Positions 19,867-29,052 of a stretch of DNA of 64,000 nt are shown here, in pieces (positions within the stretch are counted from its first letter, which is position 1; the number at the start of each line of letters is the position of its first letter). Source of the DNA: a virus; IMG/VR virus record IMGVR_UViG_3300019888_000107, positions 32,001-96,000 of that record, one strand, 5' to 3'. Under the pieces are notes generated by a model. The model was given only the letters and a program-made list of their open reading frames with translations, had not been told where the DNA came from and did not search any database. A program made the position numbers and the translations under genes.

Positions 19867-19956
19867 GCCAATCCGGGCAGCAATCGAGTGGGCTAGGGCT
19901 ATCGCATTGTCCTAGTCCAGTCATGGCCGTCCGGCCGCACAGGAGAGGAAACGATC

Positions 19957-20283
19957 ATGACAGCTAAAAACGTTCGAACCTGGCTCCCGCAACCAAACCC
20001 TCCGAATGACGAAGGTTACGGCGGAGAGTTGGAAGCGATCGACGCCATATACGCGGCATACATGGCGCTCAATGCCGCTGACAGCCGCGGACGCCGCACC
20101 ATGATGGCATCGGACAGCACACCGACTAGCCCAATGAAACTCACCAGTCGAGCGGCCATATCGGCGCTAATGTGCATTCCGGGTATCGAATCCCGCGACG
20201 CAAAGATCATTTGGGACGGAATGCGCACCGGAGGCTCTGACGCCCGCTACGTATATGACCTATGGCGAAAGGGTGAGATCTGA
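19957..20283 (+). CDS. Hypothetical protein
   Basis: GGAGAGGAAACGATCATG start. Confidence 0.6.
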   Translation: MTAKNVRTWLPQPNPPNDEGYGGELEAIDAIYAAYMALNAADSRGRRTMMASDSTPTSPMKLTSRAAISALMCIPGIESRDAKIIWDGMRTGGSDARYVYDLWRKGEI

Positions 20284-20291
20284 CAGCACAC

Positions 20292-20357
20292 CATCCGGGC
20301 ATTACCGGGTGAGCTGGGCCGAACCTTATCCCAGCTCTACCCGCAGCCGCCCGGCTG
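20292..20357 (+). repeat. Intergenic structured direct repeat, copy 1
   Basis: Near-identical to 21023-21087. Confidence 0.85.
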
Positions 20358-20381
20358 AACAGCGCTAGCAACCGAGAGGTA

Positions 20382-21020
20382 ATGATCGTGAGTGAAGTTC
20401 TGGAAACCCGCGAGGTAAACGGTGTTGAGTACCGGGTCCGGCTGGAGCAAGATCAAGACTGTGAGAGCCCGCGCGAGGATGACGTCCCGGCTGGCGTGAT
20501 CTGCGCATGGTCCCTTGACTACACCTGGCCAGCAGAGGACAGCGATCAGGTCACTGCGGACCGCGTCCGGAAAGCGGTCGGGCATTACGGCCAGTTCGGC
20601 ATGTACCACGAGGGTCGTTCGTTCGCGGCCGTATCTCGGTGGCTTCGGATGTTCTATGGAGCCACCATCGTGCTACCGCTGTACTCGTCCAACGCCGGTC
20701 TGTCCACCGGTACGCAGGATGAGACCCCGGAGGCTGGCAACTACGTCGGGGTGACGTTCGACCAGCCCTCTACGCGGAAGACCACCGGTATCCCCACGGA
20801 GCGCATGGCCGACGCACTGCGTATCGACGTCGAGCAGTATGCGCAGTGGGCCGAGGGCGATTGCTATGGCTACGTGATCGAGCGCAAAGCTGAGAACCCG
20901 CACCCCGATTGCCACGCGTCGCACGATGACGAGGACTGGCAGTACGTTGACTCGTGTTGGGGAATGGTCGGGAGTAAGTGGGCCGAGGAGTCTGCCCGCG
21001 AGGCACTCGCCAGTATCTGA
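20382..21020 (+). CDS. Hypothetical phage protein
   Basis: D..SPRE and YAQWAEGDCYGY..VDSCWG motifs. Confidence 0.7.
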   Translation: MIVSEVLETREVNGVEYRVRLEQDQDCESPREDDVPAGVICAWSLDYTWPAEDSDQVTADRVRKAVGHYGQFGMYHEGRSFAAVSRWLRMFYGATIVLPLYSSNAGLSTGTQDETPEAGNYVGVTFDQPSTRKTTGIPTERMADALRIDVEQYAQWAEGDCYGYVIERKAENPHPDCHASHDDEDWQYVDSCWGMVGSKWAEESAREALASI

Positions 21021-21022
21021 AC

Positions 21023-21087
21023 CATCCGGGTATTACCGGGTGAGCTGGGCCGAACCTTATCCCAGCTCACCCGCAGCCGCCCGGCTG
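21023..21087 (+). repeat. Intergenic structured direct repeat, copy 2
   Basis: CATCCGGG(C/T)ATTACCGGGTGAGCTGGGCCGAACCTTATCCCAGCTC..CCCGCAGCCGCCCGGCTG. Confidence 0.85.
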
Positions 21088-21113
21088 ACAAGTGGACGGC
21101 CCAGGAGGAAGCA

Positions 21114-22274
21114 GTGAAGGAGTACACGCAAGACCAGTTACTAGCGATCGACGTCGAACAAGTCTATCGGCAGTTCATGTTCATGCCGAATGATCACTCG
21201 TTCGCGGTGTCGACGCTATGGGTTATGCACACCCACCTGCGCAACTCTGACGGCCGGTTCCTGCCCTACATCACACCGCGACTGTACTTCGGTAGCAAGA
21301 TCGCTGGTTGTGGTAAGAGCCTGGCCACCGAGCTCACCACCAAGATGAGTCACAACGGTGAGATGGTGCTGGAGCCGACACCGCCCAGCGTGACCACCAT
21401 GATGAACCAAGACCTAGCAACCCTAGGGTTCGACGAGATTGACACGTACTTCGGGCGTGGTACTGGTCGGGGTTCGATGCGCGCCATTCTCAACGGCGGA
21501 TACAAGCGCGGATCATGCGTCACTCGGGAGCGCCTCGGTGAGTCAGAGCGGATGAACTGTCACGGTCCCATCGTGCTCAATGGGAAGAACGCGAATTTGT
21601 TTCTGACATCCGAGAGGTTTGAGACACTTCGCACCCGGTCGATTCCGATCATCCTGGAGCAGAAGCCCGTAGGGTATGACGTCGCCCGCTGGAACCCAGA
21701 GGTGAACGACGCCAGACTCCACGCGCTCATGCGCCGGCTACGCAAGTGGGGCATGATCAACGCACCCACGATCATCGCCATCCCGGTCGACGGACTCATG
21801 CCCGCCAAAATCGCCAACCGAGCCGAAGAAATCTGGACCGTGTTGTTTCGGATCGCGGCCCACCTGGGAGGCGACTGGCCGGCACGATGCGAAGCCGCGG
21901 CGCGCGCGTTCGTTCTCGGCGAATGGGAAGAAGACGAGACACCCAATGTCAGCCCGTCCGAGGAGCTACTCACCAGCGTTCGCACGGTGTTCGATGCCGC
22001 TGACGAGTTCCTCTCCACCACCACAATCCTTGACAGATTTGAGGAGCTACCGCAACCACCGTCCCTCATGGACGAGTGGGACACCGAGCGCGCAGCCGAG
22101 ATGGGGCTCGCCCGGTGCATGGCCCTGTTCGACATCGAGCGGGAGCGGCGCCAGGCCGATGGGGTGCAAGAGCGGGGTTACAGCCGAGTATCCGTAGGGC
22201 TGGAGCCCATACCTAACCTACCCCCGGCGACGATGGTAGACGACGACGCAGCATCGGCTCGATGGTGTGCGTGA
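21114..22274 (+). CDS. DUF3631-like P-loop ATPase (replication-associated)
   Basis: LWVMHTH..TPRL, GCGKS, FDEIDT, LNGGYKRG, TLRTRSI, C-terminal RGY. Confidence 0.7.
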   Translation: MKEYTQDQLLAIDVEQVYRQFMFMPNDHSFAVSTLWVMHTHLRNSDGRFLPYITPRLYFGSKIAGCGKSLATELTTKMSHNGEMVLEPTPPSVTTMMNQDLATLGFDEIDTYFGRGTGRGSMRAILNGGYKRGSCVTRERLGESERMNCHGPIVLNGKNANLFLTSERFETLRTRSIPIILEQKPVGYDVARWNPEVNDARLHALMRRLRKWGMINAPTIIAIPVDGLMPAKIANRAEEIWTVLFRIAAHLGGDWPARCEAAARAFVLGEWEEDETPNVSPSEELLTSVRTVFDAADEFLSTTTILDRFEELPQPPSLMDEWDTERAAEMGLARCMALFDIERERRQADGVQERGYSRVSVGLEPIPNLPPATMVDDDAASARWCA

Positions 22275-22275
22275 G

Positions 22276-22350
22276 GGTTGCCAACCTCGTGCACGGTTGC
22301 CAACCTATTGCACGCTTGCCAACCTTTTGCACGTTGCCAACCTACTGCAC
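22276..22350. repeat. Four tandem 18-19 bp repeats G(G/C)TTGCCAACCTnnTGCAC
   Basis: Directly visible; the first two units contain the palindrome GGTTG-C-CAACC. Confidence 0.85.
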
Positions 22351-22679
22351 GCGAATGAGCATAACCCGCACAGAAGGGCTCGACCATGACCCCTGAACAA
22401 GATCAACCGTGGGGAACCTGTCAAGTCCTACTGAACGTGTGCGTAACGCAGTGAATGGCCCGTCTGGTCACCTGGCTAGGCGGGTCGTTTGCCCTGTGCA
22501 CACGGGCTGTCAGAGCCTCGGTTCGGCGTAACACAAACGGTCGGTTTAGGACGATCATGGGAGCCATTGAAAAGCCCCGGTCAGCCCTGTCACACAATCC
22601 GTGAACTAAATCTCTGTAACGCCTTACCTGCACTTGTGGAATACGTTACACTCAAGCCAGTCAACAAAGGAGAACGATC

Positions 22680-22955
22680 ATGGCCCGGCATTGCTGGATC
22701 TTGAAAGGCCCACCCGGCCGCGCAGTCCTGACCTGCGACAGCTGCGAAGCCCGTGCCGTCGGCGTGCGGGATAGCCGGAACCTACCCGACGAGGGCTGTC
22801 CCGGCAGTCTGTTCGAACAAACACAGCGTGGCCCGAACCGCATCATCCCGACTGCGGCATACATCGAGCAGGCCCACGCTGCCGGGTTCACCACAAAGCA
22901 GATCGCCGACGCATGGTGCTTGACTCCCAGCGACATTGACGGAAAACAATCATGA
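22680..22955 (+). CDS. Hypothetical Zn-finger/HTH protein
   Basis: AAGGAG RBS; CDSC; GFTTKQIADAW. Confidence 0.55.
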   Translation: MARHCWILKGPPGRAVLTCDSCEARAVGVRDSRNLPDEGCPGSLFEQTQRGPNRIIPTAAYIEQAHAAGFTTKQIADAWCLTPSDIDGKQS

Positions 22956-23521
22956 CTCTCATCGGATACGCCCGGTGCAGCACACTCGACCAGAACACAG
23001 ATGATCAAGTGCGTCGGCTCATCGCGGCCGGCTGCACTAAGGTGTTTAGCGAAGCGGGAGTGTCAGGCAAGCTGGCGCACCGGCCGGAGTGGGACGCGTG
23101 TCTTACCTACCTGCGCGACGGTGAAGACGTCCTGGTCATCACGAAGCTGGACCGTGCCGGCCGCTCGATCGCGCACCTTATCGAATTAGGTAACAACCTG
23201 CGCACCCGCAACATTGGGTTTCGAGCGATCGACCAGGGCATCGACACCACCACGGCAACCGGCCGGCTGTTCTACAACATGATCGCCAGCTTCGCCGAAT
23301 TCGAGCGCGACCTAATCGTCGAACGGACTCACGAGGGATTACGGACGGCCCGGCTGAACGGCAAAGTCCCTGGTCGCAAGCCCAAGCTGTCAGCCAAGCA
23401 GCAGTTCGAAGTACTCCGAATGCACGCCGCCGGCCGGACCATCGTGGACATTGCCGAGATATTCCACGTGAGCCGGCCAGTGATCTACCGGACCCTCGGT
23501 GCCGACCTGGCGAAAGTCTGA
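22952..23521 (+). CDS. Serine recombinase (resolvase/invertase)
   Basis: LIGYARCST, KLDRAGRS, FAEFERDLIVERT, C-terminal HTH. Confidence 0.92.
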   Translation: MTLIGYARCSTLDQNTDDQVRRLIAAGCTKVFSEAGVSGKLAHRPEWDACLTYLRDGEDVLVITKLDRAGRSIAHLIELGNNLRTRNIGFRAIDQGIDTTTATGRLFYNMIASFAEFERDLIVERTHEGLRTARLNGKVPGRKPKLSAKQQFEVLRMHAAGRTIVDIAEIFHVSRPVIYRTLGADLAKV

Positions 23522-23522
23522 G

Positions 23523-24080
23523 CTACGCGTCGGTCGGGATCTTCACCCCGGCCGCGCGGGCTTGGGCCTCCATGGTCGCCTGCAGCTCACGGATCGCCGC
23601 GTCCACAGTGGACTCGCTGAGCACGGAGATCTCCTGGCGGACCGGCCGATTCCAGCCCATGAGCCGAGCCCGCTGGTCGAGCAGCTTCGCCACGCGATCA
23701 ATCGCCCAATGCTGCTTCGAGCCGACCTCTAGGCACTGTGGCCACAACACCTCTAGCAGTTGATCATAGCGCTGAGCCTCTACCTCGCGGGCATCGTCTA
23801 CGTCTTCACGAGGGTAACTCTTCATGAAGCTCATGAATTGCTTGTAGGCGTGGCCAGGATCGCAGTAGCCCAATTGCTTAGCGATCGCATCCCAGCCCAC
23901 ATTTGCGCGGCGCAAGCGCACGCACTCCATATCCCGTTCGAGCCGCGCGATGGCCTCTGGCGTGGTCGGCGAGTGACGCTTCTTACGCGGGCGGGTTTGA
24001 ACCACCTTGGTTTGACGCGGCGCGGACTCTGAAGCAGCTGCGATATCAACTGCCTGTTGATCTTGCTTACGGGGTGCCAT
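23523..24080 (-). CDS. HTH protein, probable terminase small subunit
   Basis: LRRANVGWDAIAKQLGY HTH; AIDRVAKLLDQRARLMG, like genes often found upstream of actinophage TerL. Confidence 0.55.
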   Translation of the reverse strand: MAPRKQDQQAVDIAAASESAPRQTKVVQTRPRKKRHSPTTPEAIARLERDMECVRLRRANVGWDAIAKQLGYCDPGHAYKQFMSFMKSYPREDVDDAREVEAQRYDQLLEVLWPQCLEVGSKQHWAIDRVAKLLDQRARLMGWNRPVRQEISVLSESTVDAAIRELQATMEAQARAAGVKIPTDA

Positions 24081-24141
24081 AACAGATCAAAGGCTCCCTT
24101 CACGACAATAGTTATCGGAACACACAACAAAAGGAGTAGAT

Positions 24142-24297
24142 ATGTACGAACAAGGAACCCACCAGCACGAGTGCACTGACTGTGACGAGATCGAAGAGTG
24201 CAACGACACTGGCACCGATGACGAGTGCACCAAGCCTGGCGCTGGTTGGATTCGCGGGAGGTTTTACTGCAAGGACTGCGCCGAGACCCGCTGCTGA
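24142..24297 (+). CDS. Small Cys-rich protein (51 aa)
   Basis: AAGGAG RBS; CTDC...CKDC. Confidence 0.5.
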   Translation: MYEQGTHQHECTDCDEIEECNDTGTDDECTKPGAGWIRGRFYCKDCAETRC

Positions 24298-24539
24298 TGC
24301 GGGTCAGAGCAATCGAGATACATGACGTGACGAGTTAGCCACATGCCGAACGCGGCGAATAGGAACGGCCCGAGCCGGCCCCACGGTTTGCGCGGGTGGT
24401 GCCCGGTCCAACACTGCAGCTCACGGGACAGCGTCGGATGTTTGTGTTGGTGATAGGCCGCCCACTCAAGTGTGGCAAATGTTCCGGCGGCGCCGACGAG
24501 GTAAATCCTCCACGCCCAGGGCCACAATCTCTTGGCCAT
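24264..24539 (-). CDS. Small membrane protein
   Basis: GGAGA RBS; two hydrophobic segments. Confidence 0.5.
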   Translation of the reverse strand: MAKRLWPWAWRIYLVGAAGTFATLEWAAYHQHKHPTLSRELQCWTGHHPRKPWGRLGPFLFAAFGMWLTRHVMYLDCSDPHQQRVSAQSLQ

Positions 24540-25128
24540 CAGTATCTCCCATGATTCGCAGATACGCCTCATTGGCCGCACACACCCAATCGAACTGGCG
24601 GCCCTGGCGCTCAGCCTTGTAACGGCGAGTGTAAGCGTTATGGCACGATCGACAGAGAATCGCCGGGCTACTCCGAACCAGGTTGGGTGCGATAAGACGA
24701 TGGCCAAGCCGACAACGCTCACCCGGTGGTTTCGGATTCAGCATCGCGTGCCGTCGTGCATCATCGGCGTTCTGAAGAGGTGTTCCCCACCGTAGATTTG
24801 AGAGGGTGTTGTTCATCTTATTACCATCACCATGTAGCACATCCGGCATGTCAGGCGGGTTGGGACCCATGAAAGCCGTGAGAACCATCCGGTGAACGCG
24901 ACGAAAATACCGCTTTCGATCGACGCCCAAGCCTAAGGTTACACGGGGATAGCCCACCGAATCGGGTGTACAGCGAAGAAGCTTAGACGGATACGTTCGA
25001 GTTGCGCCGTTTCTCCATGTCACCGTGCGCTCTAAGCTACGCACCCGACCGGCATTGCTAACCTCATAAAATCCCTCGAACCCTACAACGGGTAACCAAC
25101 GCTCCGTATTACAGCTAACATCAGTCAT
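24466..25128 (-). CDS. NUMOD4-HNH homing endonuclease
   Basis: ERWLPVVGFEGFYEVSNAGRVRS; VHRMV; HGDGNKMNNTLSNLRW. Confidence 0.88.
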   Translation of the reverse strand: MTDVSCNTERWLPVVGFEGFYEVSNAGRVRSLERTVTWRNGATRTYPSKLLRCTPDSVGYPRVTLGLGVDRKRYFRRVHRMVLTAFMGPNPPDMPDVLHGDGNKMNNTLSNLRWGTPLQNADDARRHAMLNPKPPGERCRLGHRLIAPNLVRSSPAILCRSCHNAYTRRYKAERQGRQFDWVCAANEAYLRIMGDTDGQEIVALGVEDLPRRRRRNICHT

Positions 25129-25232
25129 GTCGACTCCAAACCAGTCGGCCACAACCCAATGGTGTTTAGCGCACCCGCCGTCGGATGTGCACCGAGCGTT
25201 CGGGATGGCGGAACAGCACAGGACAAATTCGC

Positions 25233-25421
25233 TCAACTATCGAAATCGAACTCGCCCGCCTTCACCCCGGCCACAAACGCCGACCACTCACTACGGGAGA
25301 ACGTCAGCGCCTCACCGGTTGCCCGAGAATGCCGAACAACGATCTGGCCGTCCAGCACAGCGGCTTCCACACACTGCAATGTCGAAAAGCTACTCTTCCG
25401 GAACACCACCGTATGAGACAT
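25233..25421 (-). CDS. DUF397 family protein
   Basis: FRKSSFS..CVE..VRHS..LTFSRSEWSAFVAGVKAGEF. Confidence 0.85.
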   Translation of the reverse strand: MSHTVVFRKSSFSTLQCVEAAVLDGQIVVRHSRATGEALTFSRSEWSAFVAGVKAGEFDFDS

Positions 25422-25496
25422 CCGACTAGAGCCCTTCCATCGTGCGGCCCAATAATTCCACACCCGTTGACAGCGACTGATGTGCAACTCGGAGAC

Positions 25497-25529
25497 TTGC
25501 CCTTCATCGGCAGTGCGAGTAAGCTGACT
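25497..25529 (+). promoter_or_regulatory. SigA-like promoter
   Basis: TTGCCC-17-TAAGCT-GACT. Confidence 0.55.
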
Positions 25530-25563
25530 AACAGTTCACCTACGAGAGCTAAAGGAGAAGACC

Positions 25564-25926
25564 GTGGCGTATTACACGGCAACGATCTGCAAAGACGGTT
25601 CCGGTTGTCAGGTTGTTGTCCACTGGGACGACAACGACCCGAACCGATTTATCACCACACCGACTCTGGTTGACCACCCAATCACCGACGGAACCGAGCT
25701 GGAGTCCGTCCTAGAGGCTCAAGGGTGGATCATGGTGTCGCGCGACTCTAACAACATCGGCCGTGGGTGGGCCATCGTCAAGCGGAAGCGGGACTCTGCG
25801 ACTCACTACCGCCCATTCTTTAACCCGCTCGATCGAGGCTGGTACGGGTCACTGTCCGACGAGGTCAAGTGGCAGATCCGAGCTACGTTCCCGGAGGCCA
25901 CAGTTCCGGGAGTGCCCGCAGCGTGA
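25564..25926 (+). CDS. Hypothetical protein
   Basis: AAGGAG RBS. Confidence 0.6.
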   Translation: MAYYTATICKDGSGCQVVVHWDDNDPNRFITTPTLVDHPITDGTELESVLEAQGWIMVSRDSNNIGRGWAIVKRKRDSATHYRPFFNPLDRGWYGSLSDEVKWQIRATFPEATVPGVPAA

Positions 25927-26049
25927 TCAGCGGCGAAACAACGCACAGACACGGCGCCAGAGTGAGCGCTCACGCCTCAACGCGGCGAGCACCCGGCGGC
26001 GTGCCCGGCAGCCCTCACAGGAACACCGGCGCAACCGCATCATCCGGGC

Positions 26050-26082
26050 TTACCCCGATCGTGTAACGCTGGTAAGCTGACT
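26050..26082 (+). promoter_or_regulatory. SigA-like promoter
   Basis: TTACCC-17-TAAGCT-GACT with extended TG. Confidence 0.45.
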
Positions 26083-26127
26083 TTCGATGTAGCGCGTCGT
26101 CCACGGAACGAGGGGACCCGCCCGACC

Positions 26128-26412
26128 ATGGCTCAGACAACAGGCACGAACACCACGTCCACCACCGCCGAGGAGAAGAAGGCCCGGAACGCCGCCGACA
26201 GTGCGTACCAAGCGGTGATGGCGGCCGTCGAGCTGTCTCACGACCGTCCCGGCCGAGCCGCGCGGATGGCGGCGTACCGGAGATCCGCGAAGGCGTGGCG
26301 GGGTCTGGCCGAGGTGTTGCCGTACGACGAGCACATCACGAGGGCGCTGACCTGGGCCGAAGCCGCCGACACCAAACGCGCCGACGAGTACCAGCGCATG
26401 CTAGGCGAGTAA
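26128..26412 (+). CDS. Hypothetical protein
   Basis: GAGGGG RBS; helical. Confidence 0.6.
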   Translation: MAQTTGTNTTSTTAEEKKARNAADSAYQAVMAAVELSHDRPGRAARMAAYRRSAKAWRGLAEVLPYDEHITRALTWAEAADTKRADEYQRMLGE

Positions 26413-26541
26413 GCAAGCCTTTCGGGGAGCGTAGGTGATCGACCTCGCCAGCCAAGGAAAGTTAGCCAAGGCTCCCTAGACTCACCGCGCCGGCACCCTG
26501 CACACTGGCGCGTCAGCGAGAGATATGCGAGGGGTGCCACC

Positions 26542-26817
26542 GTGGCCAACAAGCCGGCCAACAGAGCCCGGATCGCCCAGCTCCAGAACGAGCTAGCGAA
26601 CGAGTTCCGCAACGATCGAGACCTACTCACCGCGATCAGCGCGGCGGTTGATGACGTCGAGGAGGCCCGAGCGAAGCAGATCGCGTTAATCCGCATCGCG
26701 CTCAGCCGTATCAAGACTCACGGACTAACCCGCGGACTAACCCGTGGCGCCATCGCACAAGCGGCCGGCGTATCAGGTCCCGCGCTCCACCAGCCACCGT
26801 ACCTAGAGGATAGCTAA
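26542..26817 (+). CDS. Small HTH protein
   Basis: GLTRGAIAQAAGVS. Confidence 0.55.
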   Translation: MANKPANRARIAQLQNELANEFRNDRDLLTAISAAVDDVEEARAKQIALIRIALSRIKTHGLTRGLTRGAIAQAAGVSGPALHQPPYLEDS

Positions 26818-26831
26818 AGGAAGCCCACGCG

Positions 26832-27044
26832 ATGACCGCTCCCGATATCCGCACCCTGGCCCGCCGAATCAGCGTACTCGAACAGCGACTTAACGAAATC
26901 GAGCAGGGTTACGGTGAGAGTATCTGCCGCTTATCCCGTCGTGCGATCCGCACCGACATACGCCTCGGTCGGATGGCCAAACAAATGGGCGTACCCTCAG
27001 CCACAGAGGCTGAGGTAGACGCTGTACTCGAATCAGAAGGCTAA
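26832..27044 (+). CDS. Hypothetical coiled-coil protein
   Basis: ORF in operon. Confidence 0.55.
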   Translation: MTAPDIRTLARRISVLEQRLNEIEQGYGESICRLSRRAIRTDIRLGRMAKQMGVPSATEAEVDAVLESEG

Positions 27045-27059
27045 AGGGGCAATAACGAC

Positions 27060-27458
27060 ATGGCGGCCCGTGATGTTGAGACCCGTCTCCGCCTGCTCGA
27101 AACAGCTATCGGTGAACTCCGTGAAGAGGTAGCCCTCAGTCGGACCGATGCAATCGCCGCGCGGGAGTTAGCCGCCGGGGCCGACCGGGACGTATCCGAG
27201 GTGCGCGCCGAGCTCAGAGCGCACACCCAAACGCTGAACGCCCTACGCGAAAACCAACTCGACCTGCAAGCCGAGGTCCGCGAGGGGTTCGCTGACGTAC
27301 GAACCGAGATGCGCACAGGATTCGCCGAAATGCGCACCGGGATGGCTCACATCATCGAACTAACTCGGTGGCGAATCCGCACCCGAACGTCAATGAATTG
27401 CGCCAGACCCGATCAGCAGTGCTACGGACAGCAGCACCACAGCGAGCGGAGTCAATAG
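27060..27458 (+). CDS. Coiled-coil protein with EMRTGFA-like repeats
   Basis: EVREGFADVRTEMRTGFAEMRTG. Confidence 0.6.
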   Translation: MAARDVETRLRLLETAIGELREEVALSRTDAIAARELAAGADRDVSEVRAELRAHTQTLNALRENQLDLQAEVREGFADVRTEMRTGFAEMRTGMAHIIELTRWRIRTRTSMNCARPDQQCYGQQHHSERSQ

Positions 27459-27551
27459 CACCCGCCGGTAGGTCGCCATCGCATTCCACAACACAACGTC
27501 AAGGAACGCGAGCACCAGAGCCACAATAATCAGCACCACACTCAGCGACAC
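27390..27551 (-). CDS. Small 2-TM protein (holin-like)
   Basis: AGGAGG RBS; two TM helices. Confidence 0.5.
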   Translation of the reverse strand: MSLSVVLIIVALVLAFLDVVLWNAMATYRRVLLTPLAVVLLSVALLIGSGAIH

Positions 27552-27747
27552 GACAGTCCTCCTAGAGCCACCAACCACACCACAGATCAGAGAGGGCACT
27601 GAATGAACGCGCCAGCAATCCAAACCCACCCCGGAATGGAACGTGGACTAGATGACGGCGAATAAGGATCTGGCCCTGACATCGCCCCTACGCACATGAT
27701 GATCGCCTGTCTTGGCCTCGCGTGTTACGCGCTCGCGTGGGTGGTGT

Positions 27748-28644
27748 TCACAGGCCCTTAGCCGCCAACCACGCCCGCACCGACGCCGCCATCGTGACGT
27801 CCGCGCTGGCCGGCGTGGGAACGGGGGGAACGGGAGGCACGGGCGGAACGGGAATGGGTGACACAGGGAACGGCGCGGCGGTACTACCAGTCAATTGCTG
27901 GAAATCAGCGTTAGCCGTTGCGCCGTCGAGACCGGACGGGGTCTTACCCGACTTCGCTAGCCACGCAGTGGAGATCGGGACCCACCACTCATCGAAGTAG
28001 CGTGAGTGAAACGCGGCCGTCATCTTCTGAAACGCGCTCCACGTAATACACGTCAACGAGCTGGGATCATAAGCGACCAGCGGAACACAGTGCCCACCCT
28101 GGATCTGGGACCGCCCCGCCACGGACCACGGCTGACCAGCATCGAACTGTGTCATGGCGCTGGCCGGGAAATTCAACCCGGCGTACACCACCCCGAACAG
28201 ATCAATACAGTTCTGCAGCAGCGCGGTATTAGTTCCGTCGATCTGGGCGAACGCGGCAATCTTGTACCCACCGAAGCCCGTCGTCCGCCAAAACTCCAGC
28301 CCCGATTGCAGAGTCGCGCCCTGATCAGTGGATGGATTGCCCGAAATGTAGCCCGTGATGGTGGAATAGTCGGCAATGGCCTGAGCAGAAGTGAAACTAG
28401 TGGTCACGCCCTGGCCCTGAAACTCAAAAATGTCAACCGCATGATATCCAGCGGCAATAACACAATCCCCCACAGTGTCGTTACCTAGCATTCCCAGCTC
28501 GGAACGCGGAACGCCGACAGACCAATCAGCCGAAGCCGGCGGAACCAGCGCCGCGCCGGGCAGAGCTCGCAAGTGCACCCTAGGACGGGACGGATCGTTG
28601 GGGAGCCTACCCAGCGCCTTAGGACTCTTCTTACGCGCAAACAT
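27748..28644 (-). CDS. Papain-like (C1) cysteine peptidase
   Basis: GNDTVGDCVIAA; GGHCVPLVAYD; ITW; Pro-rich linker. Confidence 0.65.
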   Translation of the reverse strand: MFARKKSPKALGRLPNDPSRPRVHLRALPGAALVPPASADWSVGVPRSELGMLGNDTVGDCVIAAGYHAVDIFEFQGQGVTTSFTSAQAIADYSTITGYISGNPSTDQGATLQSGLEFWRTTGFGGYKIAAFAQIDGTNTALLQNCIDLFGVVYAGLNFPASAMTQFDAGQPWSVAGRSQIQGGHCVPLVAYDPSSLTCITWSAFQKMTAAFHSRYFDEWWVPISTAWLAKSGKTPSGLDGATANADFQQLTGSTAAPFPVSPIPVPPVPPVPPVPTPASADVTMAASVRAWLAAKGL

Positions 28645-28645
28645 T

Positions 28646-28795
28646 CTAGTACCAGCGCCTTCCGGAGTAATGCCCGGTATTGCCAAGGATGAAGAGGACG
28701 GCGCCAATCACCAGAAGAATCACGCCGAGGGTGTACAGAATGGAGATACCGAGAACCCAACCCAGAATGAGCAGGATGACACCCAGAACGATCAT
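28646..28795 (-). CDS. DUF6131-like small membrane protein
   Basis: MIVLGVILLILGWVLGISILYTLGVILLVIGAVLFILG..GRRWY. Confidence 0.7.
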   Translation of the reverse strand: MIVLGVILLILGWVLGISILYTLGVILLVIGAVLFILGNTGHYSGRRWY

Positions 28796-29031
28796 GACCG
28801 TTTCTCCTGGCAGAGGCTCAGATAGGCTCGGCGATCAAGCAGCTTGTCGATGTCATCGCGGTACCGTACGGCAAGATCAGGGGACACAGCCTTGAGTCGG
28901 GCGTGCACGTGAGCGATATGGGTATCAATAGCCGCCACGGTGTCGCACTGGTAGGTGCGCCCGTCCGAGCCGATCACGGTATCAATCGTGATCCTGTGAG
29001 TACGCGGCGAAGCGGGTGCGGACACGGGCAA
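28792..29031 (-). CDS. Hypothetical protein
   Basis: Coupled to the downstream gene. Confidence 0.5.
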   Translation of the reverse strand: MPVSAPASPRTHRITIDTVIGSDGRTYQCDTVAAIDTHIAHVHARLKAVSPDLAVRYRDDIDKLLDRRAYLSLCQEKRS

Positions 29032-29052
29032 TCACCTCCCGAATATTGGGGG

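Noticed and set aside
17083-21087. Known ribozyme class for the repeated intergenic elements
   Set aside because: No hammerhead core (CUGAUGA/GAAA), and the helix order does not match the HDV fold; left unassigned.
22276-22350. Mini-CRISPR
   Set aside because: Units are contiguous with no spacers.
22952-23521. Prophage integrase
   Set aside because: A 189-aa small serine resolvase lacking recombinase and zinc-ribbon domains; no att site identified.
26720-26744. 12-bp tandem duplication (GLTR twice) in an HTH gene
   Set aside because: Simple slippage; no further structure.
28786-28796. Extra copy of the AACGATCATG start motif
   Set aside because: It is the reverse complement of the DUF6131-like gene start (Met-Ile-Val), not a plus-strand start.
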